Assembly (NCBI GenBank): GCA_964016885.1
Contig: OZ024742.1
Span: forward strand, 46,190,001-46,254,000
Source: Eledone cirrhosa
Taxonomy: Eukaryota
DNA: 64,000 nt
Reading direction: 5' to 3'
How positions within the stretch are numbered: position 1 is the first letter of the stretch; each line of letters opens with the position of its first letter. This document shows, in pieces, positions 1-12,391 of this stretch. The notes below the pieces were generated by a model. It made no database searches. It was not told the DNA's origin and was given only the letters and a program-made list of their open reading frames with translations. The translations under genes and the position numbers were made by a program.

Positions 1-650
1 TCCACCAACAGCCTCATGGTTGTTTCTATGTCTCTCATAATTACTCCTGTCTCTTTCCACTGGCTCATTGTTATTATCTACTCTATTTTGTGTCTGTGTG
101 TTCGTCTTGGTTATTTTCTTTGTCTATAGTCTCCCTTCTCCTTTTAATCCTATTACTTTCCCTTATTTCTGTGATTTCTGTGCTACTGTCATTACTTGTT
201 TTCTGTGTCTGTGTGTTTGTTAAGATTGTGGTGGTGGTGAGAGGCATTGAATGTGTGTGTGTTGTTGTTGTTGTTGATGTGTGCTGTTGTTGATGTGTGT
301 TGTTGTTGTTATCTCCGTGTGTGTTATTATTGTTGTGTGTGTTGTTATTGTTGTTTGTGCCTGCGTGTCTGTTGCTGTTTCTGGGTATGTTATTATTGTT
401 GGTGTGTGTGTTGTTGTTATTGTTGTTTGTGTCTGTGTGTATGTTGTTGTTGGGATGTGTGTTGTATATGTGTGTGCGTATATTGTTACTTTTGTTTTTG
501 TTTTTGTTTTTGAGGCTCCAAGGTAATTTTGTAAATGATTTTTTTATTTTTGACAGACAACTAATCATATTTACCTTCTTGAATGTCGCAAATTTCGGTG
601 GTAGAAGTAATACAGATAACTCATCGTCATCTATTGCCGTGTTGCCGTAT
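1..650 (-). mobile_element. Inverted upstream (N-terminal) segment of the same PLE ORF with low-complexity Asn/Thr/His tract
   Basis: Minus frame reads IYGNTAIDDDELSVLLLPPKFATFKKV...FTKLPW, resembling the PLE pre-RT motif (E..vL..gpKF); abuts the RT at a 22-bp palindrome (641-662). Confidence 0.65.
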
Positions 651-659
651 ATATACGGC

Positions 660-2572
660 AACAATGACGTGCCGGCGTTGTATGGGCTTCGAAAAGACCA
701 TAAAACGGGCAGTGACCCTGTCACGGGACCACCAACACGGCCAGTCTGTGGGGCTAACATTGCTAGTAACTACAAACTGTCCTACTTCCTCTCCCTGATC
801 ATACGCCCCATCATTGAAATGTCCCCAGATGTATGTGACAGCACGGAGGACCTCCTCAGGAGAATCGGCGAGAGTAACCGATCTAGGGACCTAACAAACT
901 GCATAATAGGTAGTATGGATGTTGTGTCCCTGTATCCATCTATTGACGTGGATTTTGCTGTGGAGAAATGCGTAGAAATGATCAGTGAGAGCAATGTTGA
1001 GTTCCGTGGGATTGATACCAGTGAGCTGGGACTCCTACTTAAACTTACCTATAGTAATAATTACCTAGACACATATGACCTTAGCAACCTGTGCCCTACA
1101 AGACCAGCAAGAGGCAGACCACTTACCATTACCTCAATGGCCAAGAAAACCCACACAGATAGATGGAACGGGTGGACCAGAGCCATACGGACACCCGAAA
1201 ACCACGATAAACTGAAGAAAATGATTGCACATGCGGTAGGGGCCAGCATAAAACTAACCCTTAAGGAACATATGTTCAAATTTAATGGAAAAACATATGC
1301 CCAAGAGGAAGGAGCAGCCATTGGTGTTAGCATTGCAGGCGACATAGCTAACTTATTCATGGTATGGTGGGACAGTAGACATAACTTAAACTTAAAGAAC
1401 AATTAGAAGACCCCTTAACCCTGATAATGTACTCCCGCTACGTTGACGATATAAACATCGTAGTTAAGACACCCCCACTAGAGAACAGTCAGGAACTAGA
1501 GAAAAACACAATGGAAAGCGTCCAGCAAATAGCTAACTCCATCCACCAGAGTATTAGAGTTACTATAGACTACCCAAGTAAACACCCCAACCATCGATTA
1601 CCTGTACTAGACACAGAGCTCTGGTTAGATACCATTAATAACAAAAAACAAATCCTCCATTCCCATTATGCCAAACCCATGACTTCCAAACATCTGATCC
1701 ACCGAAACTCGGCTGTTTCGGACCATACCAAAATCAACATACAGATTGCGGATTTGGTACGGGTGATGAGAAACGTGTCCCGCATGTGCAACCCCGAAGA
1801 ACTAGAGAGACACATACAACACTTCATCCACCGTATGCAGTTCTCTGGTTACAATCAGAGAGATAGAATCAGAGTGTATAGAGGAGCCAGAACCGAATGG
1901 GAAAAAATGGTAAATAATGACACAAATGGGACCTGCCCCTTGTATAGGAGCAAATTTTGGAATAGAATAGAAAGAACTAGGAATAAGGCTAATAGAATAA
2001 ACTCATGGTATGATAGCAATAAATACCAGAGTGTAATGTTCATCGATACAACCCCTAAATGTGAATTAGCTTACAAATTTAGAAGGGCCCTAGATAAACA
2101 TAAACTCAATATTAAGATAGTAGAAAGACCAGGTACCTCCGTAAAAACACTTATTAGCAAGACATACCCTTTCCAAAGACCCCCCCCCTGTATAGATAAG
2201 AAATGTATAACCTGTAAAATAAGCCCCCATATTAACTGTAAAACTAGAAATGTAGTGTATAGCATAAGATGTACTGAAGGACAATGTAGAGACAAAAATA
2301 TAGTGTACATAGGTGAGACAGCTCGTAGTGTAGGGGAACGGATAAATGAACACTGGCGAGACCTTCAAGATAGTAAAGAATCATCAGTACTCTACCAACA
2401 TGCTAAAATAGAACATAAGGGTAAATTAGAGAACATAGAAATAAAAATAGAATCTACACACAGAAAAGACGCAATGTTTAGACAAATCACAGAGGCAATA
2501 AACATAAAAGAATTACAACCAAAATTAAATAGAAAATATGAGTGGAACAGCAACATCACAACTTACAATTAA
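660..2572 (+). pseudogene. PLE RT/GIY-YIG ORF, 5'-truncated, one frameshift near 1385 (ORF track 297..1406 + 1427..2572)
   Basis: Two ORFs carry consecutive parts of one protein; the sister copy reads WWDNRLKLKLKEQLED through the junction, indicating a 1-bp deletion here. Confidence 0.9.
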
Positions 2573-2768
2573 GGACAAAGCGAAAACACACACATAGAAC
2601 AAACAACCAACCGGTAACATGTAAATAAACAAATAAATAAACAAATATAAACACACACAGACACCCGGATGTGGCGCATGCGCAGACTGAGCACTCAACA
2701 CACACACAGAAACAAAATGGCGTAGGACAGAACAAAGGAGAGGCACAAAAACAAAGAAAAGAATCCCA

Positions 2769-2811
2769 GTCACTGAAGAGGTCACAGAATGTGTGACGAA
2801 AGAACTTTGAC
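2769..2811 (+). ncRNA. Minimal type I hammerhead ribozyme in PLE 3' pLTR
   Basis: GTCA-CTGAAGA-G-GTCACA gaatg TGTGAC-GAAA-G aa C-TT-TGAC: both core boxes, stem I GTCA/TGAC, 6-bp stem II. Confidence 0.8.
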
Positions 2812-3136
2812 AATATATAAACAACTATCTGGTTGTGGAACCAACCAACCAACCAGAAATTTATAAATTCCTAAATTTATAAATTTATTATAATAAATTG
2901 AAGTGAAAGCAACTGGTGCGTGTGTTCCTTATTGGCAACATGACCCTCCCAAAGTATAACAATATCGGTTTCAACACACGATTTCAGATAAAGAATCTTG
3001 TTAAACAAATTCAGAAACGAAATATATATATATATAATATATAGTATATATATATAATAACCCTCCCAAAGTATAACAATATCGGTTTCAACACACGATT
3101 TCAGATAAAGAATCTTGTTAAACAAATTCAGAAACG

Positions 3137-3184
<48 letters not shown>

Positions 3185-3344
3185 CAAATATAACAAATAG
3201 GAAATAAGTTTGGTTAGTAGGAACCCCAACAATGCGTTTGAGATATATGTGCCAAGGTAATAAGAATTTGAGAAAATACAACAAAAGAACTGAGATAAAA
3301 CAGTGATAACGATAGAAAGTTACCTGAGCAATTTTAATGATCCA

Positions 3345-3850
3345 AAATATTTTCGGAATTACCATCCATTATGAAGTGGAGTCCTGGGGGTGGGGTGCTC
3401 AGAGAGAAATCTGAGATATGTCGCGGGTGGCTGGTCTTGTTATCAGCTGGACTAGCAATATCTATGATCCAACACTGTTTGATTTCTTTCTTAATTAATA
3501 TAACATCTGGTCTCCTATGCTCAATCTCATGGTCACACTGTATATCACAATGTCCCACAGGTTCATGATAACGCCTTCAGGGTTATATTCCTAACACTTT
3601 TCTATGTCAAGTGCATATTTGCTACAAAGTGCCCAATGGACTATCCTTGCTATGTTGTCGTGATGTCTCTTATATTCTTTCTGGGATAGTGGTGTGCATT
3701 GTCGGGTAATATGCCATACATTGATGCCACAAATTCTACACTTATCATTTTCTGCTGTGTGGACTACTCTATGTATGATGTAGTTAGTTCTTAGAGCTTG
3801 TTCTTAAGCAGCACATATTATCTATTTCCGGTTTTAGATCACGTTTAGCC
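3345..3850 (-). mobile_element. R4/Dong-like non-LTR retrotransposon fragment (CCHC + restriction-like endonuclease)
   Basis: HRRPDVILIKKEIKQCWIIDIASP; upstream RHDNIARIVHWALC motif in the minus frame. Confidence 0.75.
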
Positions 3851-4152
3851 ACACACATACACATATATATATATATGATGGCTGCCTCCTCGTTATCGAG
3901 TATGGCCATTGCACGATATAACATTATTAATAATTTTCAATTTATGCTATCGTGCAATGAATGTGTGTGAAGATTTTTTTAAAATGAGGAAAGACTGTGC
4001 ACTGAGCCAATCCCACTCTCCGAGCGACAGTAGCTATAACCAGAAAAGAAGAAAAGATCAACATCATCGGTAACCATTGAGTCGCAGGTTTTATGTCGGA
4101 GTTATCCCAGTCTCCTGAGTTGCCTTCTCCTAGAAGAATGCCCTGACAAAGG

Positions 4153-4203
<51 letters not shown>

Positions 4204-4274
4204 CATATACATACACATACGCATATATACACACACACATACATACACACACATACATACATATACATACGCAT

Positions 4275-5690
4275 GTACCAGCTAAAACAAATTTTTGCAC
4301 CTCTTGCAGAGATGGTAAACCAGGGATCATTCTCAAATACTGTTCTATTCCTTTTTTGATTATTTCTAGTGCTTCTACAGTCACTAGTATTGTAATGGCA
4401 TTGAGGTGCCGCATCTTTTAAATTTCAATGTGCAAATCTTTATATTTTATAGCTTGTCAAATTCTTTTGCCGCAATATTGTGATCACATGGGATGCTCAT
4501 ATGAATTAATAAATAGGCTTTGTTATATCGGTACTTTACAATAATATCCGGTCTATTAGTTTTGATGGTCCTGTCAGTATATACAAGAAAGTCCCAAAAG
4601 AATCGTTACTTTTCCTCCTTCAATTACAGCCTTAGGGTAATGCTTGTACCACTTGTTAGCAGTTTTGACTTTATATTGCCAACATATTAACCAGTGTAGA
4701 CAACTCTGTCATGTCTATATTTATACTCTACTGGTGCTAAAACTACATCTAAAGATTAAGTGGTCCACTGTTTAAATATCATCATTGCAGAATTGGTACT
4801 TCGGATTTACTCCATTTCTCATCACATTGGCCTGGTAGTTCTGTGTCAATAAGCTTTGATCTTGGGCAGCCAATATGAAGCCTTCTATCCTCTCTGCTTT
4901 TAGCCCTGAGTTATGTAGCCACTGATGGGTGTGCTTCTGGTCAGCATCAGCTTGTTTTCTACGTACCACATATTTGCCATATAGAGTTTTCTGCTCCCAC
5001 TTTGATGCTAATTGTTCTTGGTCTTTTTCTTTTGCCATTAGTTTCATATTCTTTGCAGCAACAGTTGCAACAGTTCCCTTAGTCTGTCCAACGTGAATAT
5101 CAATCATGAGACCACGGCGTCTTAGAAGGTAAAGACGATCCACCTCTGCCTTCGAGTTGTGCATCTTATTACAATCAGTAACTTACGGATTTTGACGTCG
5201 ATTTATTTAATTTCACTCATATTTCAGTTCAACACACCAAAGCTATAAGTGACAACTGGAACTTCTAAGGAATTAATGGCTAACACCTTATTATGTGCAT
5301 TTAGTTCTGATCTCAGAACGGCGCATACTCTCCTGTAACACTCCTTCCTTATTTTCTCTTTCATACTTGCATCCTGAATGCCAGAACATTCATTAATCCC
5401 TTAGTATTTATAGGGTTGTTCCTGCTCAAGTTCCTTTTTGACTATTTCAACATCTAATTCAACTGAGTTGATAAGCTTCCCTTTCTTGAAAGTGGCCTTG
5501 GCACACTCAAGTCCAAACTCCATCTGATGTAATCACTAAATGTTTTCACAGTCCGTAAAATATCTTCAAGCTCGTCATTTTCTTTGACATATAGCTTTAA
5601 TTCATCCATATAAAATAGGTGGCTTATTTTCTTGTAAATTTTGTAGCCATACCCTTTTCTGTTAAGTTCGGTTGTAAGGAGCATTAAATT
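4275..5690 (-). mobile_element. Decayed R4/Dong-like LINE (RT C-terminus to REL endonuclease)
   Basis: ISHLFYMDELKLY, VDRLYLLRRRGL, GLKAERIEGFILAAQDQSLLT, SLQEVQK motifs across broken ORFs. Confidence 0.8.
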
Positions 5691-5949
5691 ATTATTATTA
5701 TCATTATTTTCTTGGAGTCTCAGTCACTGAAGTTATTTAACTGGAAAGTTTGGTCAAATGAACATCAATCCGTTACCTGCAGCCTCAGATATTCAGGACG
5801 TATCGGAGGGTTCTTGCTGTTCCCAGCAAGCATGCCCCTTGAAGTGTTCCAAAAAGCGGGGCTGGACCAATGTTCCCCAACCACTCCTGAAAACTCTTCG
5901 AGATAGTACCAAGTGCTCCTATGACAATCGGGTCGACCTTGATCTCATG

Positions 5950-6340
5950 ACAGTTTCAAATCCTTTTTAATTCCCACTTTAAATTCTGGTATCGGTTAAT
6001 TTTCTCCTTTTCTTGCACTCTTGTGTCAAAGGGGCAGGCTACATTTACAATCAGGCACAATCTTTTTTCCTTGACAAAAACCACTAGGTCAAGCCTATTG
6101 TGTTCTAATTTCTTGTCCGTCTGTATCCTGAAATCCCATAGCACCTTCACTCGAACATTTTCTATCACCGACTCTGGCTTATGCACATACCACTTCTCAA
6201 AATGTGGTAAATTGTTTAGTTTGCATAAATTCCAGGGAATCACCTTTCCTATTATATCATGCCTCCAGCCTTTATAGTGATTCTGGGCTAGGTGTTTACA
6301 CTCGGATACGATGTGAGCCAGTTTCCTCTTTCTCTCCATA
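5950..6340 (-). mobile_element. R4/Dong-like REL endonuclease fragment
   Basis: HIVSECKHLA...RHD...LWDFRIQTDKKLEHNRLDLVV...ACPFD. Confidence 0.8.
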
Positions 6341-6419
6341 GAACCCACAGAGTGGGCTAGCCTCATCGTTGTCTATCATTATTATTATCATTATTATCAT
6401 TATTATTATTTGCTTTACC

Positions 6420-6605
6420 GAGAACAGCTCTGTGCGCCATGGGTATGAGTATTGTAGTTTTTGCTGATGATCCTATATTGTATTGATAGTACTTTTCGTA
6501 ATATGTGTGCAGTGTCTAGCAGTGCTATCTTTTGTATACTGTATATATTTAGAAGTCCTGGGGTTTTGGCTATGTATTTGTCTGTGTGTGTTTCTTTATC
6601 ATTCC
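6420..6605 (-). mobile_element. R4/Dong-like 3' end fragment
   Basis: IQKIALLDTAHILRKVL C-terminal motif followed by an (AAT)n-type tail. Confidence 0.65.
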
Positions 6606-7032
6606 TAGAGCACCTATTATTATAGGTATTGTTTCTGTTTTCATTTTCCACATTATTATTATTATTTTCGACAATTAAAACCCTTTCAAGGTTCAGCAAA
6701 CTCCAAAATAATTCTTTCGTTTCACAGAGAAAAGTATTCAATTTCAGTTTTCTTACGTAAAGAAAAAAAATGATTCATTAATATCTAGTCTTTCTTATAC
6801 AAGGTATAACGCAATCTATTATAAGTATGCAGCTGTATTGCTGTGAAAATTGCTTTTGAGGAGAACAATTTCAATTTCGAGATAAAACGTTATCAGAAAT
6901 CCAACTATCTCTATATCATGTCACATTAGTCTCTCTACAGCTCTGCTATATCTCACACATACACACTGTTTAACTAGGTTTACATCATCTACAGTGAATA
7001 TTTTACATACATACATACACACATGCATACAT

Positions 7033-7063
<31 letters not shown>

Positions 7064-7209
7064 TATATATATACATCTTTTTATGTGTGTAGTGAGAGAG
7101 AGTGACGGAGAGTTAATATTTATCGGTATTTGTCAAAATGTCAACATCATAAACACCGTCACCGAAATCCTCCTAACACATCACTGTTGGAAAGTATCTT
7201 CTACTATAG

Positions 7210-7902
7210 CAGGAGTCGGCAAATCCCGACTGTGTGCCACATCCGACCCCCGAAGGATTTTTGTCCGGCCCGCCAACAGGTTTCAATTTTAGGCTAAGCG
7301 ATCCCTGAACAAGTACTTTGAATTACCTTGGATTAGAATACCGTCAAGAGAAAACCCCTAGCCACAAGACTCACTTAACTGAACATAATTTTTTGCGTGA
7401 CAGTAACAAAAAATCAAACTTAAACAGATAGAACAGTCAGACATCGAGGTCAAGGGGACTGTGTGTATTCGTGTATATATACATGCATACATAGTGTGTG
7501 AATGACAGGGATGAGGAATGAACCAGAGTTACCTAAAACAAGTCAGTATGTCTGGCATACAGTTATTTCATTTCATCCTCAAAATGTTTCATTTGAGTTT
7601 GCTGTCTCGTAGTAAAACATCTGTTAGCGCCTGTATTCGATAATAATAAATGTTTATTTTTCTATGTTAAAAGTGTTCAGTATTATTAGAAGTAAATGTT
7701 TTCATCGAACAAATGGCAACCCTGATCTAAATACACGGCTAGGTAGCGTAGTTTTGTCACAGTTTATTAAAAAATGTCATAGTAGACTTCAGACAGAGCA
7801 GTATGAGATCGAACAAATTTATTATATTTTGATATCATGGCCCTCTGACGAGACACTGCATACCAATTTGCCCACACACCCAAAAAGGTTACCGACCCCC
7901 AG
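7210..7902. mobile_element. Non-autonomous hAT (Charlie-like) element
   Basis: Ends CAGGAGTCGGCAA / TTACCGACCCCCAG; near-perfect 8-bp flanks TACTATAG / TACAATAG. Confidence 0.7.
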
Positions 7903-7924
7903 TACAATAGTCTCAGATTGAGTA

Positions 7925-8020
7925 ATGCTTTGTGAATGGAAGTTGGTAGAGGGAAATTGTTGAACCCGAGGCCTCATGATTATAAAGCAAACGTCTTAAC
8001 CACACAGCCATATCTGCGCC
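7925..8020 (-). mobile_element. tRNA-derived SINE head fragment
   Basis: Minus strand GGCGCAGATATGGCTGTGTGGTTAAG...CGGGTTCAAC A/B-box-like pattern. Confidence 0.55.
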
Positions 8021-9222
8021 CGTGTCCATGTAAGCTGTTGATGTAAACAACTCATATTTTAATAGATGGAAGGTGGTAAGTGTTAAGATTTTGTTTTTGT
8101 AAGGTTATTAGAAGCTTTAGGAAAATGCTTTTGATAACCATAGATGTTATAGTAACACTGGTAATTAAATTCTTGTAAACGATTGTTTCGTATGATACTC
8201 CATTGTATATATACAAGCTCACTCTTTTTCAGCAACCACAGGAGGTATAGGGGAAGTGATAGAATAAGTACTTCTGTGACAACAAATATTCAATATAGAT
8301 TGTGTAATGTAAGACTGTCTTCCTTGAGAACTAACATCCAATTTAGATTGAATAATAGAAAGACTGAAACGTTCCTTCATAATGAAATCATCACATCGTA
8401 TGCCATTTTATGTTAACCGTCAATAAGAATCGAAAACCATTCTATTTCTATTGGTCAGAGTGGATTTACTGCATTTCTCGTAAAATAGACAGCAAACTTT
8501 TCCAATTTAATCAATAAATAACATTTAATGGTCTCTATGTAAATGAATATATCAAGTTTACTAGGAAATTGGTTAATTTTCTACACTCCCAGCTATATTT
8601 AACAAGTCTGAATATTGGATGCTAGCACTTGTCTTCAGCTATCGACATATAGAGAAATATTGCAGAGTAGGATAAAATACCTTGCGGTATTTATTGCACC
8701 TCTTTGGGACAATGTAACGAGCAAGGTTGCCACAAATTGGTATCTAAGTATAAGGGGAACATATGTGAGAGTCATGGTCAATGACATGGTCATTGACGTT
8801 CTAGTCATTATTAATTTTCACTTACTTCTCTGTCCATTTTGGCTCACATATTTGTAAAGCCTTGCTGTGGTTGGTCTTCCTTTCAATTTCTGCTACGCGT
8901 TTATCTGACGCTCTAATGACTCTGCCAATAGCTGTTCGACATAACTCCACAAGTCAATAATGCACGGCCACTGGACGAGTGCATGCAGAACGGTTTCGTT
9001 GCTCTGCGCGCAACCCGGGCAGGTCCGCCTGACAGCACTTCCGTGCCTGTAGAATTTATCTTGAACCGGCAGTCCCCCTCCCCCGGTAGCACTGCGAAGT
9101 GAGGGATTTCTGGAAGTTATCCATATCCCTGGCTCGAAAGTCCTCCGTAACAGACTGGTCAGTTCGACTTGGTCAACGCCTAGAGCCTCTCCAAGTGTGT
9201 CGTCGTACTTGCCCACAACTAA

Positions 9223-10235
9223 TCTATATATATAAAACTGTGGTTGTCTGTCTGTCTATCGATTTTTGGCACACATCTCCTCTTAGAATCTCTCACGGAA
9301 TTGCACCGAAATTGCTATACTTGTACATTGAGCCCTAGCGAAGACATCGGAAAAAAAATATTTCAAATTGACCCACCCTATGTGACGAAATCGAATATAA
9401 TGTATCGATTTTTGAGCGTAAGTGATCAGTTATTTCCCTTTGTTCTGTTTACATTGAACGTCTTACGTAAAAAATTACGCTGGCTTTCTCAGCGTTTAAA
9501 ATGACATTAACACAATAAGCCTTTTAAAACAATATTTTTACTTGAAAACAAGTCTATTTAAAGACTACGTAAAACAAGCAAATATTTCGTAAAAAAAAGC
9601 AAAAATTATATAAGTTTATTTAAAATATATGTATCTGTAAATTTCGTTAGGCGTGCAGACAGACAGTCGTGCAGACAGACAGTCGTGCAGACAGACAGTC
9701 GTGCAGACAGACAGTCGTGCAGACAGACAGTCGTGCAGACAAACAGTCGTGCAGAGAGGTGATATACGCGTGCAGACAGATAGTCGTGCAGAGAGGTGAT
9801 ATAGGCGTGCAGACAGACAGTCGTGCAGAGAGGTGATATAGGCGTGCAGACAGACAGTCGTGCAGAGAGGTGATATAGGCGTGCAGACAGACAGTCGTGC
9901 AGAGAGGTGATATAGGCGTGCAGACAGACATAACTGATAATTTGGTTACGCTAATGTTTTTCTCTGCGTTGCAGTGTTTACATTTTCGATCTTTGTTAAT
10001 AAATAACCAGTGCAGTTTTTATCCCCAGCAACCTCTTTTGTTATAACATTCGGGTTATCGTTATGTTTTCTTAACTTCATAAGGCATATTGTTAGTTGAG
10101 GGAATATTAATCAAAAACACCACATGCAAGTCTGCACAGTAGACACTACAGTTTTTAAGCCAAAAAAGAAACTTAACATTGTAACTTTAACACAGCTACT
10201 GAGCGACCCCGAGCAACGCCGGGCTTTACTGCTAG
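9223..10235 (+). mobile_element. Non-autonomous Helitron
   Basis: A|TCTATATATATAAAA 5' end; 3' hairpin CCCGAGCAACGCCGGG then CTAG|T; no TSD; the flanks rejoin as the uninterrupted Tx1 sequence seen at 53900-53950. Confidence 0.9.
9648..9930. repeat. 16-bp minisatellite (GTGCAGACAGACAGTC) with a 32-bp higher-order unit inside the Helitron
   Basis: Directly visible tandem units alternating with GTGCAGAGAGGTGATATAGGC. Confidence 0.95.
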
Positions 10236-12353
10236 TCCTCGATAAAACTCTAGAGTGGAAGTTCCACTGACCGTTTTGCCGGCCTGGTAGAGGGCAGGAG
10301 CGCCTGACAACATTCCAGAGGCCAGGCACCCAGCCTCGGTTTCTTCTTGATTGCAGCTCAGTCAAAGAGACAAGCTGCGGAAAGGCCCGTCTCACAAACG
10401 GTGACCACACCTGTTCACCGTTTAGGCAGAATATCTGGAGATGCCGCAGCCTCAGCACCTGTTTGCGCATCATTAGCCACGGCATGTCCAGCCCCCCGCG
10501 TAGAGGGTGCTGACAGCAGATGGACCGCCTCACCAACGGAACCTGTCCTCTCCACAGGAAGTTGAAGAGGAGCCGCTCCAATTTGGCGAGGCAAAGGACG
10601 ACGGTCAGGGGGTAGTGGATGACGGACGCGATGTACATGTTCGTCACCTTCACCCGACCTTTCAGGGAAAGCTTCCTCTTGGCCCATTTGTGTGTGACCA
10701 AACCCAGAGAAACTTTACTGGTCCGTCCGTTCAGCACATGACGAAGCTGTTGGACGGTATGGACTTGCCTCTACAGGTGTTGAGCCCACCGACTTTTCCG
10801 GGTTTAGTTTCGCTCCCGTTAACCTTTCATATTCCTCCAAGAGGGTGCTGACAACCTCGATTTCCGATGTATTCGACACCATTACGGTGATGTCATCCGC
10901 GTATGCCGACACAGCCCTTCCGCGTCCCAGTTCGAGTGGGATGCCCTGCAACAGCTCCAGCTTCCGCAGTAAAGGCTCGAGAGACAATACGTACAGAAGA
11001 GAGGAAAGAGGGCACCCTTGACTGACCGATCGGGGGATCTGAAACGGTTCCGAAAGGTGGCCATTAACTTTGACCATCGAGCAGATGTTGCTGTGCATTG
11101 CAGCGATCCAACCTCTGAAGACGGGACCGAAGTCAGCTGCCTTGAGGACAGCCTCCAGTTATCGATGGTCAACCCTATTAAAAGCTTTAAATTGATCTAA
11201 ATTGATCAGAGCCCCACTGAAGCCAGGTTTACACCCTACCCTCTCTATGATGTATCTCTTGAGGTGGAGATTGTCGTGTGTGGACATGGTCGTGATTGCG
11301 CAAGTTTGCCCCCCCCCCCTCTCTTACCAAATCCTCGACGACAAGAGCCAATCTCTTCGCTAACATCTTGGCCAAAATCTTAAACTCTGTGTTGAGCAGA
11401 GTTATGGGCCTGAAATTATCTAAAGTATCCTTCTTGTTCTCGTCTTTCATCATCAGCGTCACTACGCCACAGCTCACAGAACTGAGAATATTCCCGTTTG
11501 CAGTAGAGCGCTTCGAGGAGATCGGAGAACAAGTCTGGCATATCTACGTAAAGATCGTCAAGAATAGGGGCTAATGCGTGTGTGTCGGAAATCCTGGTCT
11601 CGCTGGCGACTGTCACGTCCACGGCTAGTGACCTGAGGTCGTTGAGCAAGCGGCTTTGCTTCAAGGCCGACCCCAGGCAACGTACATTTATGCATCCCTC
11701 TCTTAACGTCCCCATGTTGGTAAAAAAAAGGAGAAAGGGAGGATTACTTACTCTCCGGGTGCTGTTGGAGATCGAGTGGTTCGACCTTCATGTCTGGTTG
11801 GTAGGGTTCCTTTGGGAACCCCTTTTTAAAGCCTACTTGAGGCTTTTACACTGGGTGTTCCCACGTCGTTGGGGAAGCTCTCCCTAATGGTTCTGTAGTT
11901 CTCTAATGGCATCCGAACTAGCAAAAGTGTTTTTGACACTTTGAAGGTGCAGGTGCTGAATACCTTCTCCTCTTCCTCTACTTCCTTCGTGTTATGAGGT
12001 CCATTAAGTTTTCGTTAGCCTTTCTTACTAACACGAAGTTAGGCGTTGTTGTGGTTATCAGTTGCTGCTGTGTATGTTTTCGTTTCGTTGTTTGTGTCAG
12101 TGGTTGTGTTGTTCATGGAGGCGGTGATTGTGTCAACGGTTGTGTTGTTGCGGGTGTTGTAGTATGTGTCGGTGTTTGGTGCGAGTGTGTTTTCTATGTT
12201 TGCTGTTGTCTGTGTTGGTGTGTGAGATTTCTTTTTGTGTTTTCTTTTTTCTCTTTTTGTTTTTAGGGTTCCTCCTAATCTTTGCTCAAGGATGAAGAGG
12301 TTGCTGTGTTTCTATCAGATGTGAGTGGGAGTATGTGTATGGGTGTGTGAGTT

Positions 12354-12391
<38 letters not shown>

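Larger units (their letters stand above)
660..3140 (+). mobile_element. Penelope-like retroelement (Neptune-like): RT + GIY-YIG endonuclease, 3' pseudo-LTR region with hammerhead, ends in (TA)n
   Basis: RT motifs LYGLRKDHK, TRPVCGA, GSMDVVSLYPS, EGAAIG, YSRYVDD; Cys linker CIDKKCITC; VVYSIRC...VYIGETARSVGERINEH GIY-YIG; close sister copy at 43717-46560 (-). Confidence 0.93.

Noticed and set aside
297-660. Hydrophobic membrane-like N-terminus fused to the RT
   Set aside because: Antisense reading of an inverted (AAC)-rich segment; absent from the sister copy
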